Shown here: piece by piece, positions 25,897 through 39,391 of the stretch
Numbering within the stretch: position 1 is the first letter of the stretch
Layout: each line of letters opens with the position of its first letter
Source of the DNA: Psammoneis japonica
Lineage: Eukaryota
DNA: 64,000 nt
Assembly (NCBI GenBank): GCA_008632985.1
Contig: QPGO01000015.1
Location: forward strand, 559,998 to 623,997
Direction of reading: 5' to 3'
Position numbers and translations under genes: made by a program
Notes under the pieces: model-generated
Databases searched by the model: none
Told to the model about the DNA's origin: nothing
What the model saw: the letters and a program-made list of their open reading frames with translations, nothing else

Positions 25897-26693
25897 TCAT
25901 TCTTGCTTCTTCTGTTGCGTTGAGAGCCTGTCGAAAGGCGTTGCTACGACCTGCCCCAGTTTCGCGTAGCCCTCGCGGTTGTAGTGCTCTCCGCAGGGGT
26001 GGTTACGACACCAATCGCAATCCTTGTATGGTCTCCACAGTGATCAGTGACTACCTTGTACAAATTCACAATATCGATATCATTTCGCTTCATGACGTGT
26101 TTCGCCACTTCATTGAGACGCTGAACAACTCTTCGTCGACGCATGAATGGAGTCGTCGTCGCATAGAGTAATATGGCACTCGTCCGTCTGCGAAGCAATC
26201 CCGCGATCGTCTCAAGCTGCGAAGCGTATGTGTCCAAGTCGGTATCCAAATCATGTAGCCCAAAGTTAAATAGAATCACATCCCAGTCCACAGTCGTCTG
26301 TCGTTGTGATTTCAGAAAGTTACTCAGGCAAGCAACGCCGTGTGCGGTATCTTCTGCTCCTCCATCTCGAAGGTCGTACGGTGCGTGCTGCAATTGACAG
26401 ATATCGTGCAGCAACAAAGTCGCTGTCGGAGTATATCCAATGGACACCGAGTCACCCAGAACTAAACAGTTTCTATTAGTAGCAGTCGGCTCGAGCGCAG
26501 GACCGGGTTTACAGCACACGTCGCCACTAAGGCACCCAAACTGAGTTGGTGAATACTCGGAGTTACAGCAAAATTCATCGTCATCGCAAAATGTCGTTGT
26601 GTTACCGCATTGGCGAGGTTCAGAGTAAACATTCTGCAAGGTGAAAAGGAGGGCAAGAGCGGCGAGCGGAAACTTATGATTCCAAAATCTCAT
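25897..26693 (-). CDS. Secreted SGNH/GDSL-like hydrolase; 1-nt frameshift near 26030
   Basis: Signal peptide, Cys-rich N-domain, LVLGDSVS and NFGLHD. Adding one C gives CGDPYKDCDWC...EHYNREGYAKLG with the catalytic His block. Confidence 0.8.
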
Positions 26694-26936
26694 CGTTCGA
26701 TCTCCTTTATTTGTCAATCTGCTCTTAACCTTAACTGTATCTTCATGAATTTATTGCTTATGAAAGTCAATATAAAAATAGAAACATTCAAAAATGTAGG
26801 AAGATAATCCAAATGGAGGTGTGTAATGTTGTGTTGTGTGAATGAGGCGTCGATCGAACCATGATAATCCTGAGTCCGTGAAGTTGAATGTGGCATCATC
26901 TTTCCTACCTAGCTTAATGTGAGTTGTGTGACTGAT

Positions 26937-27939
26937 ATGGCGCTGCTACTACGATATATCTGCCGTGTTCTGTCTTTTCTCGTAATCCTTGTGGTGCTGC
27001 CTTGGTCGGAAAGGTTCACGCGGATTTCGAGCATTGCAGTGGACGAGTCCACAATCGAAGAAGTTAGTCTTGGCTGCGAATGGCAACCACATAATGACAC
27101 GGAATGCATCAATCTCCTTACACGCCGAATATACAAGAATGCTAATTCTTCGGCACCGGTGGCTCTTTTTTGGAGACTCGACAATGTCTCATACATTTGA
27201 GGGCAGTCCTTTGTCTCCAACCGTATTGAGTCAGTTGAAAGCTGAGTGTTGTAAGCTACTGCATGCCGGTACCTGCAATACAGATTCTGTCTTTCGTCTC
27301 GAAAGAACTTCGCAGTGGAACAAACCCAACTTTTCTGCTGGGGAAGGACCAGTCGCTTACGGCTTAGATCATCCATTCTGTCAAGATTGTTCTGGATGCA
27401 ACTCGCGTTTGCTTCTGTGTACTTGTGATGATAGAGGGGGCGGCTACGCCAGTGTGGAGTTTGCCCGGGATGTGGAACTCCAGTCGGTGCAGTATGGCAC
27501 AACACAAGAGAACTAAGGCCTCCCATCTTGCCAACGAATGGAACTCAAATCCCGAACAACATCGGCCGATCTGTGTACTACAAGCCGGGATTCACGACGC
27601 CGCAATCCCAAATATTACGAGTGAAGTCTACTTGGCGAATGTTGAGTGGTATTTACAGATGATGCATTCACAATGTGAACATATAGTCTGGCTCGGTAAT
27701 ACAAGCCCTCAAACAGATGCGAGGCCTCAGAAGAAGAACCGGACACGGGAATGGAATCATGCCATACGCGACAAGATACTTGCCAAACAGTTTCGAGATA
27801 GCAGTTCTTTTGTTGATGTCCATGTTCTTCCACCGGCTTTCACATGACGGATAATATTCACATGGCTGCACCATGGTACAAAAACTTGGGTACAACTTTT
27901 CTCAAAGTCATGAAGTCTTCTCACTATGACATTGAGTAA
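26937..27939 (+). pseudogene. Disrupted SGNH-fold (PC-esterase/TBL-like) gene, copy 1
   Basis: N-terminal TM, WLFFGDSTM, AGIHD and DNIHM motifs. In-frame TAA at 27514-27516 (TGG in copy 2) plus frameshifts. Confidence 0.65.
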
Positions 27940-28199
27940 AAAGGATCAACATGTTGTGGGATTGGTTTGAAATCATTCATGTTGTTTATCGATTTAGTAT
28001 CACTACTGTTGTAACATTGTTCTCCTTTCAATACACTTACTCTGCATCTAGCTCCGCGGCTAGAGCCATGGATTTGTTCCGCCGCTGACGGGACACTATT
28101 CGTTCTTCTACGCCATCGGAAACAACAAACTGTCTCACTCGCATCTTCGACGGCTGTACTAGACAATCATGAATGACTTTTTAAATCGTCATTTTAGAA

Positions 28200-30950
28200 G
28201 TGCCATCATGCCTCCGCCCAGCAACAGGCTGACCCACACGTGCGGCAAAAGCAAGCGAGCACTGGTGCCACCACGGGGTGTGACCCTGAAGCAACCAACA
28301 TCAGTTCTTGTTTCTTGAAGTGCATGTTCCTTGGCCTCTCAAATGCTCTTCTTGAATGCTTGCTTCATCACAGCCAGTGAATTTTGAGTGCAAGATGCAG
28401 AATGCATGAGATGGTCATCCACCATTGTCACACAGATGCCCACAATCCTGAGCCAAGTGTTCCTGCCACCATTCACAGACAACCATGAGTTCTGCCTTGG
28501 CCAGTCAACAGTGCACCATTTCTTTGGTTGCTCCTTGATTCTTGTGTCCATGATTTGCTGTGTTGCACAACTCCCACAACTTGCTCCACTTTTGCTGATG
28601 CACGTGCTGATTTGAGCTGCCAAGTCAGGAGGTCTGCAGCTTTCCCCCACACCTTTTGCACTTCATGGGAGGTTGTTAACCTTCAAACCAACACTCTTTC
28701 TTGCAAGGATGTGTGCAAACTTTGTCAAAGAGAAGACATCCCAGGGGTGAGAGCAAAGTCAACAAAAACGAGAGCACCAGCATTGTTGGCACAAGTTTCA
28801 ATGGCCAAGCCATGCACGATCTTTTCAACAGCAGCTTGTGCAATGTCATGAGTCATCTTCAAACCCATGTGGTGGAGACAGCAGCTCTTTTTTGCTTTTG
28901 CTGGCTTTGCACAGAGAGCAATGCTGTGCTCAGCTCTCCTCCTCTTGCTGCTCTTGTTGCTCAACTCTGGTTGCCACAAAACATGGTGAGACCAAGCTTG
29001 GTGAAAAGTTTGCAACTGGTGCAACAATTTTGTGGCACATGCTGTTCAGTTGGTTCAGCTGAAAGCGACAAAGATTTCAGTGTTGAGTTTGCACAAATCT
29101 CTGTGAGTCTGGGAGAGCTCTTTTGTGTCTTGCCAGAGGGAATGATGTCACAGCTGAGGCTCCAAGTTTGGCAATGAGAAGATGCCATTAACTCAACAAG
29201 TCTTGTGGCTTGTGCTGCAATGTGTGGAGAGCAGAGTGACAAGTGAGCAGAGGAGAGGAACAAACACCGATGGGCTGAGGATGATGGTGGACAGACACAA
29301 TGCAGTGCAGCTCTGGGCCAGAGGATCCATGTTGTTTTCTTGGCAGCCAGCCCACATGACACAATTGCAGCCATGGCTCTCATGCAATGACCACCAGTTG
29401 CAAAAATCTTGCAACACTGGTGGTCATTTGCAATGTTTGGAATGTTGACTTCCTTTTCCAGAGAAGCCATAATTTTGGCTGGGTGGTGGAGGTGGTTTTC
29501 TTCCACGCGATGGCTTTGTTTTCTGTGCCTGTGTTTTTCCATGAATGTTTTGGAAGACATGCTTTTTCTGTGTTGCCTCTCCTTGAGTCACAACATCTCT
29601 CTTTTTTTGCTCCTGAGTGGGCCATTTTGGACATTGGCGAGGCATGGGGGGGGGCTTTTTTCCTGTGAGTGTGCCCCCACGGACTCTGTGCAGCATGGAG
29701 CATGTGCACCCACAACCCCCTGAGTGCAAATGTTTGCAAGAGGTTTGGCTGTGATGTTGTCACCTCTCCCAGGCACCTCTGAGATCCCTTCAAGTGCCTT
29801 CTCTGGCAACTCAGGCCCTGCCACATCTGCACATGCCTTTCCTGAGTCCTGCCGTGGCCTCACAGGCTTCTGCGGACTTGACTGCCCACCACCTCTGCAC
29901 TGGAGTCTCTTGCTGAACCAGCAGTCTCAGCTTCACCCAAGAGGGAAAGCGCCCTGACTGAAAATCCAAGCCTGCCCCCAAGTCCTCAGAGAGAACCTTG
30001 CCCCCACACCCTCAAATCTTTTGCAAGAGCTTGTTGCTCAAGAAGAAAGGGACACGGGCACATGTGGCTCACTTTTCCAATTTTTGCTGTGTGTGCCTGA
30101 ATGTTCAGCCATTGGGAAGCACCTCCAAGCCTCCTCCATTGGTCTGCAAAGCATTGTTGTGTGCAGGGCCAAAGATCTGGGCATGCTCTCATGACCGTCA
30201 TGGGACAAAGTTGCGCAAAGCCCCGACTGCAAAGGAAGTGGTGGCCAAAGGCATCTGAAGTTGAGATTGGCAGCCACTCTTTTCTGTCAAGAAATGTGAG
30301 TCAAAGCACCCACACCTGAGCCTCAGACCAAGACACTCCCTGGTGCTTGGGTTTTTTGTTGCAAGCAGCAGTTGCTGTCAAGCAAAGCCAAGAAATCCAG
30401 CGGACTTGTTGCGCTCCCTGGTGTGTGATTTTCCACTTGGCTGTTTGGTGCTCTCCAGGTGCAGTTGTCAGTCAATTGTGAGCACAGGTGCTGTCACACA
30501 AATGGCTGGTTTCCCATGGTGAGTTGTTGTCTTCAAGCACACACAACCCTCGTCAGAGCAGTCTCGACACACACAGACACCCACACTCCCTTCCCATTGT
30601 CTTTGCTTGTTTCTCTGTGGAGCACGGAGCTTGTACCTTGCAGACCTGTCAAAGGATGAGTTGATTTGAGTGCCAGGACCTTTGGTTTTGGCAGCAATCT
30701 TTCGTGCTGCTGAGTGATTGCACAGAACCTGAGCTGGGCAGTGTGCTGAGAAACAAGCGTGCCAAGTGTTTCTTTCTTCCTTTCACTGTGAATTTTCTTG
30801 TCTTTGTGAAAAATGGGCTTGACTGTCATCTGATCAGGCATATTTCAGATCAACACATTTGCAACAGTGTGCCTGATCAGATGACAGTCTAGAGTCCATT
30901 TTGCACAAATGGTGAGAAGACAACAGCAGGTTTTGGTGCAAAAAGATGCA
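28200..30950. mobile_element. Decayed repeat block, TpA/CpG-depleted, family unresolved
   Basis: Near-absence of TA and CG and Tyr-free ORFs. Its right end (about 30690-30870) resembles 51487-51655, suggesting a shared element terminus. Confidence 0.6.
30821..30889. repeat. Perfect 20-bp inverted repeat with 29-nt spacer
   Basis: GACTGTCATCTGATCAGGCA (30821-30840) pairs with TGCCTGATCAGATGACAGTC (30870-30889), extending imperfectly about 18 bp further. Confidence 0.9.
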
Positions 30951-31588
30951 GCGCAGTAGTCGCATGGATAGAGGACGTCATGGGTCATTTTCGAAGGATT
31001 CCTGATGTTATGTACAGTATTGTGACAAAAAGACTCTCACGTCATCATCGTTAATTATTTTCATTACGGAAGTCAACTCAAATTTTAAATGGAAAAAGTC
31101 TTCTTCGCGAGGCGGGCGCGACAAATAATGTTCGTTGGCAATTGCAAACGTTTTGTGCGCGGTGAGCCGCGGACCGAGCGACCCGCCCACACAAGTTCAA
31201 AGTCACAAAAAAGTCTCATAAAAACGTTCGGTGTCGTTGTTGACTTGCATCTTGCATGCAATCGGTGAGTGTTGCTCTTTCGCCTTCCCTTCTTCTTGTC
31301 CTTGCGTCTTGTATCCTTGTTCCTTATCTCACGTCTCGCTCGTTACTTTGAAGCTTGTGACAACGTTGGGAGAAGCTCTTTGTCAAAGCACCAAGCACTC
31401 CGTTTGAAACGTCGATTTTCCAAATCGCCGCGAAAAACCGTTGACCATCTTTCTTGGCAAGAGGTAAGAATTGCTTTGTATCACTGTTGTGTTCATTCGC
31501 ACTTCATTTCATCAAGTTTCCCTCTCATGTGAAAGCTTCGTATTCTTCTCAACCTCTAGTGAAACTGCTGGGGACGGGTTGAATTGAA

Positions 31589-34165
31589 TATGGCGAGATT
31601 CACGGCACCGTCATCATCGGATGAAGACTCGCCGTCAGCAAATCCTCTCTATGAGAGACGAACTCTTGCTTCGCACATGTCTAAAAGGAGGAGGGGAAAA
31701 CGAAACAAAGATCAGAATTGGTCTAAGCGGCGGAAGTTATCTGATGAAGCGAAAGCCCCGAAGCAGCATTCAACAGAATCGAAACGGTCTTCAAAGCCGC
31801 TCCGCCCCCGCCAAAGCTCGCGTGAGATGGGCCGCGCCGAAAGTATTCAATATAAAGAACGTCTGACACGGACGGAGACAGATCGAAGTCAAGGACTGTC
31901 AATTGAAGATACTAAAGCTCTGACCACGACTCGAGCTTCGAAGAAGGATAAACAAGTTCAAGAGCCCACTAGTGAAAGTCGAAAACGAAACCAAGGTAAG
32001 AGAATAACGAATGATTCGCTTTTCGTCATGTTGCCGCCGCGATCACGACCTTTCACGACTGTCTTCTCATCGACATTATCTCATTCTTTGAATTTAGGAA
32101 TAGGGAGTGCACCTTCTGTCTGGCATCATTCTGCCTACGGCGTCCCTTTGCCCGGCCAGAACTCAGCCCGCTCTCAAGGCCACCAAAACCATGCTGCCGC
32201 CATAAAATGGGTAAGCGAATTGTACGCTACCAAGGGAATGCACTCTTTGTGTGCAGCATCAGTAAAGCGAACGAGAGAGTTTGCTGACGGATTGCCACAA
32301 ATTGCGAATAGAAGTGCTGAAGCTCGCGGCTTCACAGATGAATCTTCCATGAAAAAGCACCAACGATGTCCAGGTGAGAAAGTGACTCGCTTTGTTTATC
32401 TCCTGTATGATGATGATTGTCATGTCATGGAACTCATTCTTGTCAATTTAATCTCGTTTGTTGAACACAGACACAGACGAAGCTTCCAATGCTGCAACAG
32501 GTTGTGGTATTGCCGCGGAGACACCCGTTGCTGCGACGGGGGGCACAACACTAGCTGGCAAATCTCCTACGGCTGCAAGTTCAATTGATGCAACCGCTCG
32601 TAAGATGAAGGCGACTCTACCTCTTAGAACCCATCGAAGCACGTTTGGGACTAATCGAACCAACAGTCAAAGTAGATTAAAGGTGCACAAGGACACACGA
32701 AGCCATCAAATCCTTGTCGACGGTACAAATCGTCAGAATATCCGCGACACTCGTTCTGGCAATCCCGCTGTCGCTGCTTCGAACAAAACTCGGACGAGTC
32801 GAATTGCATCAGGGGTCACCCCATTCAAGAAGAAAACCAAAGATTCAATGCTAGTTGCAAGTTGCAATTCTGAAATGGGTGTCCCACAGGAAGGATCTTT
32901 CTTGAGTAACCATGCACGAATCAAAGGTAAATGAATGCGACGCTGTACTTCTTTTCCGCGTGAAAATGCTGTTTGTTGTTCATTGGCGCTAAGCTTCTTC
33001 TGTGTTGTCTCATGTATTCAAACTGTAAAAGCAGTTGGAGCGTCCGTCGACGCACGGGCTTCTACGACAGTGGACGTTGTCGCCAGTGGATCAAAATCGA
33101 GGGAGGACACAACTCTGGTTGGCAGTGGATCCGAAGAGCGAAGTGGCGAATCTCCTGCTGCTGCTTCTTCAATTGGTGCAACCATGGGAATAGCAAGCAC
33201 GCCCACTGCTGAAGGACAAGAGCTGGACGCCCTCCAGAAGATACGCGCTTCACCGCGACAGTTTCCTCTGGCCCATGACAACGAAGAGCCAACCGAAGAT
33301 ACCATGACTCCATTGTCTCATTATGGCGATGACCAAATGGGGAGAAACCTTCCGAGCAATAATACTTCCATTTCTCGAATGCGTGTGGACCATGCGGATT
33401 CCCTTCCAATAGATGAGGTGGAGGGAGATATAGAAGCAAATAAAGAAGTCGATGATAACCCCGTCATAACTGCGTCAGTCACACAAGCGCGCAATCTTAC
33501 CTCTGGAGTACCCCAAGTTGCGAACGGATTTCATGAAATGACCAACTTGCAGGGAACATGTTCCGCGAGACTTTGCAACCAAATTCCAGGTAGGAAAATC
33601 GACTCGCTATCTGTTGCTGCCTGTGTGACGATTTTTGTTGTCACGATCTCCTTCTTACCTTGCCGATGTCTTCTCCTTGTTTCAAATAGACGCAAGCAAT
33701 GGATCTTCTTGCGACGGTGAAGGTCTGCTTGCTGTCACCCATGATGAAGAGGGAGAGGAACGGGCCAAGGTACCCACACATTTCATGACAGCCGGTGACC
33801 CTGAATCTAGTGGATTGGGTGGCTCTTCTATCAAAGAAGTGTCCGACGGGTGTGGCCTTGCTTTGAACGCACCCGCTAGTATGACGGAGAACGTTTCCGC
33901 CAATGGGTCAATGGATCCAACCAGCATATCCACTGCCATTTCTTCGACACTTTCTTCCTTGCCTAGTGACATAAGCCCGGCCAAGGCTAACCGAAGAAAA
34001 ATGCGATCTCTTGCAAAAAGAAGACGATTGTCGCTGTGGGCATCGGCTGCCATACATCCCGTTCTAAGACTTCCGACTGCAGGGAGGCATACAAAGTTTT
34101 CCAACAAGGCGGTTACTAAGAATCCCATTCCGGAAGTGGAAGCTGGTTGCTTCTCCTGTATCTAA
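31589..34165 (+). CDS. Low-complexity S/T/A-rich multi-exon coding region, probably the 5' part of the kinase gene
   Basis: Consecutive long + strand ORFs (31584, 32458, 32935, 33635) separated by similar short GT-AG intron-like segments. No recognisable domain. Confidence 0.45.
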
Positions 34166-36946
34166 ACCTGAATCGCTCGAAACATCAACAGCAGAAATAG
34201 CGCTCGGGAATTCCAAGATTCTCGTGTCGATATTTATGTTCTTGACAGAACCGGAATTGGTTCAATCGGCGTCAGCTGTTTCCACCAAGTGGGCTGATGC
34301 ATCAACTGAAGCGTATGCCTCTCTCATGCTCATTAGTGTTGGTTGCTCCGAGCTCTTTGATGATGATCGAAAAGAAGATTATGATTCGGCTGACATTGAC
34401 GACGATGACGAAGATTCCGAGCTCAAAGATCAAGGCAGTGATAGTTACGCAGCTTCGTCGATAGCACGGTCCATGGAGAGGCCTTGGGATTTCTTAACAA
34501 GCAAGTTTCCATGGGCGATGTTTCTGTCGGAGGGGGCTTTCAAAAGCGTTTACAAAGTTTTCAATACCTCCATTCAAGCCTATGAGGCCGTATCCGTTAT
34601 GTAAGTTTATTCGAGTGCAGCACTCGATTTCATCAACGTCTCTCTTTTGATCGTTTCTTACATTCTCTTTTTCTGTTGAAAAAGGGATGTAAACGAAATC
34701 GACTCATTGGGACAGAAGCAAGTGGTGGGGGCAGAGTTAGCGGTTTCAGTAATGTTGTCTTCTTTGACGCGCCGTAACGTCTGCCCTAACTTTGTTATTA
34801 CCCGAGGTGTCTTCACGTGTCCGTTTGCTCCGCCGCCCAAGGTCTGGGGCTGTGAGAAGAAAAAGAATCCAATGGGGAAAACGTATGTGCCAGGCCGCAA
34901 AGGAACCGAAAAAACGTGGAAGGTGAGTAGTAGGGGATTCTGCACTGTGTCTTGGAATAGCGCATCCGTCTCAACGTGCCGTCTTCTTTTACATTTAGGT
35001 TTCAATACATTCGAATGGAGTTATGTTGCAAGGGCGACGCAGAGAACTACATCAAGGAGCTGCCTCATGAAAGAATGGAAACATGGGAAATAAAGTCAAT
35101 TCTATTTCAGATAGCGTTTGCACTGCACGCGGCAGGGGACTGGTACAGCATGAAGCACTATGACTTGAAGTTGTTGAACGTTTTCTTGCAAGACGCAAAT
35201 TCAGGTTGCACGGGCAACGCTGGTTCCCACACAGTACTCCGATATGGACTAGGACGACACGTCTTTGCTATTCGTATGCCTTCTGAGCAGGCTCTCATCG
35301 CCAAGCTGGCAGATTATGGGACAGCCAACGTACAAGCGGAGTCGGATGGCCAACCTGTGAAAATTTCTCAGATTACCACTACAGAAAATACTCCACCTGA
35401 CTTCATGATTCTTGGTGATGCTGCGACACAAGGATATGGTCATGACTGCTTCAATCTTGGCCTTTGTTTGCTCCATCTTTCAACTGGACACAAACCGTAT
35501 GAGGAGATTCTTGAAGATGTAAAGTGTCCTCCAGGATTGCTGAAGAAGCTTCAACGAATCTGGGAGGATGAACGGTCTCCAGGCTACGAGGTGATTCGCA
35601 GTGTCATTCTATCTGACGTTGATTGCGATGAAGTCGGCAGCATGGAGGGAGAGCCCGATCAAGTATTTTATCACACCTTGTACCGCTTTCTCGTCTTGTT
35701 TGGAATCCCCGAGAAGAAATTCAAGATGAAGGAACACGGTAAAGTTTGGCGTGCAATATCATCATGTTTAGATAGTGATAAGACGTCCACGAGGCCTCGT
35801 CGGGGCCGCAAAAATGCCTCAAGGGGAATTGACACTGATCAGTTTGAACGCCACTGTGATCAGTATTCTTTGGCACGTGGAACAAACAAATACATTGCTC
35901 GGGCACGAGAATTGCTGGAGAGCACTGACGGCGGAATGGAACTCCTGTTGTCTTTGGTGGACTTCGATCCTCAAAAGCGTGCGACGGCTCTGGATGTGTT
36001 AAATTCCAAGTTTATGCATGACTTGCCTGAGGAGGCTGGTACCAACACGGTGTATCCGGGGGACACGGTTTACTCATACATGGCCTTCCATTCAAACAGT
36101 GAACGTTGTCCTCAAAAGGAAACGACTGTGACCGACACGGACTCATTTTCAATGCAAGATCCAGACGAGGAAGCGAACGAAGAAGTCGATGACTGCTGCA
36201 AGCCCAACGCCACAGATTCTGCCTTTTCAGAATCAGTGACACAAGCGCGCGCACCGGCCACCAATGCCATCGAAGTCCCGAAACCAACATTCGCTCCCAA
36301 TCCAACTTCGGGCAATGCTGTGGAATTGAAAAAGGCTGCGTGCGCAAACGGACTAGCGTCAAGCGCGAAAGCCGAGAGTGCCTTTGGCTTGGACACGCCT
36401 GCTGTGGCGAGACAGCGTGTGACCAGCCCAGCTAGATTAAAGACGCGAGTGGGCAATGGAGGCCGCCCAGTCCTTGTCAATAGCACGAATCAACAAATCC
36501 TCCGCCGCGCTTGCTCCGGCAATCATTCAACTCGGACAAGGACATTTTCATCTGCAGCCACCCCAATCAAGAAGAAAACGAATCAGCCGCTCTATCCCAT
36601 TCCGGGTGTTTGCGATACGAGCAAAAAGGAAAACCAAGAAGCTGAACCAAACAAACCCAGCTACATGTTGTCCAAGACGCCACCCAACAAAGGTGTCCAT
36701 TCCATTAGCCGTAGTGAAGCCAATTTCGCATCACTTGATAGAGTGCACGCTGCTGCGACAGGGCATGCTAGCCTCGAGACATCCAGCTCCGAACCGAGTG
36801 GTTCTTCCGCGAAAACGAAGTCCGCCACCAATGAAAACGCCTTGACAGCCGCCGTAGATTCAGCGTTAGCCACAAATAAAACTCCCAGAAAGAGTGGCTT
36901 GTCAGTGGATACTGTCTCGAATATTCCAGGTAAGATGTTGGCTTGA
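34165..36946 (+). CDS. Ser/Thr protein kinase (divergent ePK) preceded by an F-box-like segment
   Basis: FLSEGAFKSVYKV, YIRMELC, HYDLKLLNVF, LADYGTA, TTENTPPD, DCFNLG and FDPQKRATA. Introns at about 34601-34684 and 34923-34998. Upstream ILVSIFMFL..PELV.SASAVSTKW resembles an F-box. Confidence 0.85.
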
Positions 36947-37101
36947 TTTGTTTGCATTTTGTTTTTGACACATAACTTGTTCTCATTGATTTCATTTGTT
37001 TTTAATCAGCTGTCCTTTTACCAGAAGGAGCGCCGGCCGCCAATGCCATCGATCCCGAGAGAACCCAAGAGCCTGTCTCTCCTGGTGAAGGTTCTGCTCT
37101 A

Positions 37102-39391
37102 GTGGAGTCCGCCAAATCCGGGCAAAGCCTTGTAGATCGAAATGTTTCAACTCGTCATCATTCGGATGCTTCACCACTGTCATCGACTTTCCTCGGTGCA
37201 CCGTCAGACGAAACTACGGAACAAGAGGACGGCAGTTCCGGCTACAAGCCTTCTGAAAATACTGTCGACTCTGCAGATGGCCTCGGTTCGAGTGCTCTTG
37301 CATGGGAGAAGGAAAGTACTGTCCACGCCATGGTCAACTCTGCAGTTGGGACAACTTCGCCTATAATTGCCTTGGACGAGCCCGATGATAAGACCGGGGA
37401 AGCAGAACTGCCACACGAGGAAGTGGGAACTGACGCTGCGACCGCGAACGACTCTGCAGTTGGCAACGATTCACCTCGAATTGCCTTGGACGATCCTTCC
37501 GTAAAAACGAATCCTGTCACCTTGCCAGTGTCTTCTCCTTTCTTTGAAATTGACGCAAACAATGGAAATTGCGACGGTGAAGGTCTGCTTGCTGTCACCC
37601 ATGATGAAAAGGGAGAGGATCAGGCCAAGGTACCTACGCGTTTCACGACAGCCGGTGACCCTGAATCTAGTGGATTGGTTGGCTCTTCCATTAAAGGAGT
37701 GTCCGACGGGTGTGGCCTTGCTTTGAACGCACCCGCTAGTATGACGGAGAACGTTTCCGCCGATGGGTCAATGGATCCAACCAGCATATCCACTGCCATT
37801 TCTTCGAACAAGTCAGTTTCTACCTTGGATACGGAAATGCCGAAGGGCAAGAGCAGTGAATGTTGTCCTCAAAAAAAGGAAACGACTGTGACTGACACAG
37901 ACTCGTTTCCAACGCAAGATCAAAACGAAGAAGTCGATGACTGCCGCAAGCCCAACGCCACAGACCTTGTCGTTTCAGAATCAGTGACACAACGGCGCGA
38001 TGTCGCCTCTGGATCGTCGCAAGCTGTGAACAGATCCAATGAAATCGCCTCCTTGCACGGAGAAAGCCCCACAAGAAAACGCAATCGAATTACAGGTAAG
38101 AGAATGACTCGCTTTGTTGTTGCTACTCGTATGATCGTGGTTGTTTGTTGACTCGATCTGCTGCAAATCAGTTTCATCTGATGTACGGAACAGAAACGTA
38201 GACAATGAATCTTCTGGTGATTATGAATGGCAGCGGTTTCTTTATGACTCTGATGATGAAGAAGAAGAAGAAGAAGAGGAAGAAGAAGTTGATGCGCCCG
38301 GGTGCTCCATGACAGTTGACGACCGCAGAGCTAGCACTGTGGGCTACTCTGCCGTTGACGGAGCGTCCAATGCTACAACTGTGGATACCGAAACAGCTAC
38401 AATTAGTGACTTGAGTTGCGTACGCTTAGGGGATCCGTCTGCTGCTACGACCGGGGACTCTGAGTTAGTTGCTCCGGTCAACGAACCTTCCAAACAGTCG
38501 AGAAAGCAAGTTGCGCACAAAAGAAACAACGCGGTTGTGGGCGCTAGAATTATGTCCCTAGCCGAGGCTAAAGAAGACGGATTTTGCTACGATAAGGGGC
38601 GCGTGCCTGTTGGATATTGCATTCCGGACACTTCATTTCGTATTCTCAAACGCATGATTCCCAACAAAAAGGAGAGAGAGCAACAAAATCTTTCTAAAAG
38701 GGCGATCCGAAACGAACTAGCTCCGAGACGCGAATGGGTATCGGCCAAGAAATTCATTCCGTTTTTTGAGAGCAAAGGATTCGAAGCGCAAAAGTTACGC
38801 CACCACGAACACCGAAGTAAACTGGCGTTGCTCCGAAAAGAAGAGGGCGTATATCTTGTAATCACGGATTTTTGGGACAAGGCTGGAATGAAAGTTAAAC
38901 ATGCAGTGGCATATTTTGCAGAGAATGGCGTCCTTATGGACACCCAGCCTCGTCTTACCTATGTCAAGCTTGATGAAAAGGATCGGGAGTTGTTGAATCG
39001 CCGAGACAAAGACGCGAAACAGACAGCCAAAGAGATCTTTTGGACGTTATTTGATCAGCGAAGCGCAATCTACGACATATTCAAGATTACAAGAAAAGTG
39101 GATCCGACAGCGGTACCAAGTCAAAGTCAAAAGGAGAAGGAAGACGTGTCTTCAGATGCCAACAAAGTTTCAAGGCAAGTGGAACCGACCGTGGGAGCAA
39201 GTCCAATGGGGAAGGAACATACAGCTTCAGATACATTTAAGAGACAAGAACCCTTAGATGAACGGCAAGAACGGAAAAGAGAAATGAAGAGAGAGAGACG
39301 CGCAAGGAACAAGAAAAGAAGGAAAGAGGCCAAACAAGCCAAGAAGGAAGAAGAAAAACGGCTCTCTGAAATGGCTACATCGAACAAATAG
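37102..39391 (+). CDS. Hypothetical coding region: repeat-derived exon(s) plus a 416-aa ORF, possibly the 3' part of the same gene
   Basis: ORFs 37102-38151 and 38141-39391. The first contains copies of 33685-33947 and 36098-36250. The second has a globular-looking core (GVYLVIT...HAVAY) and a basic tail. Confidence 0.5.
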
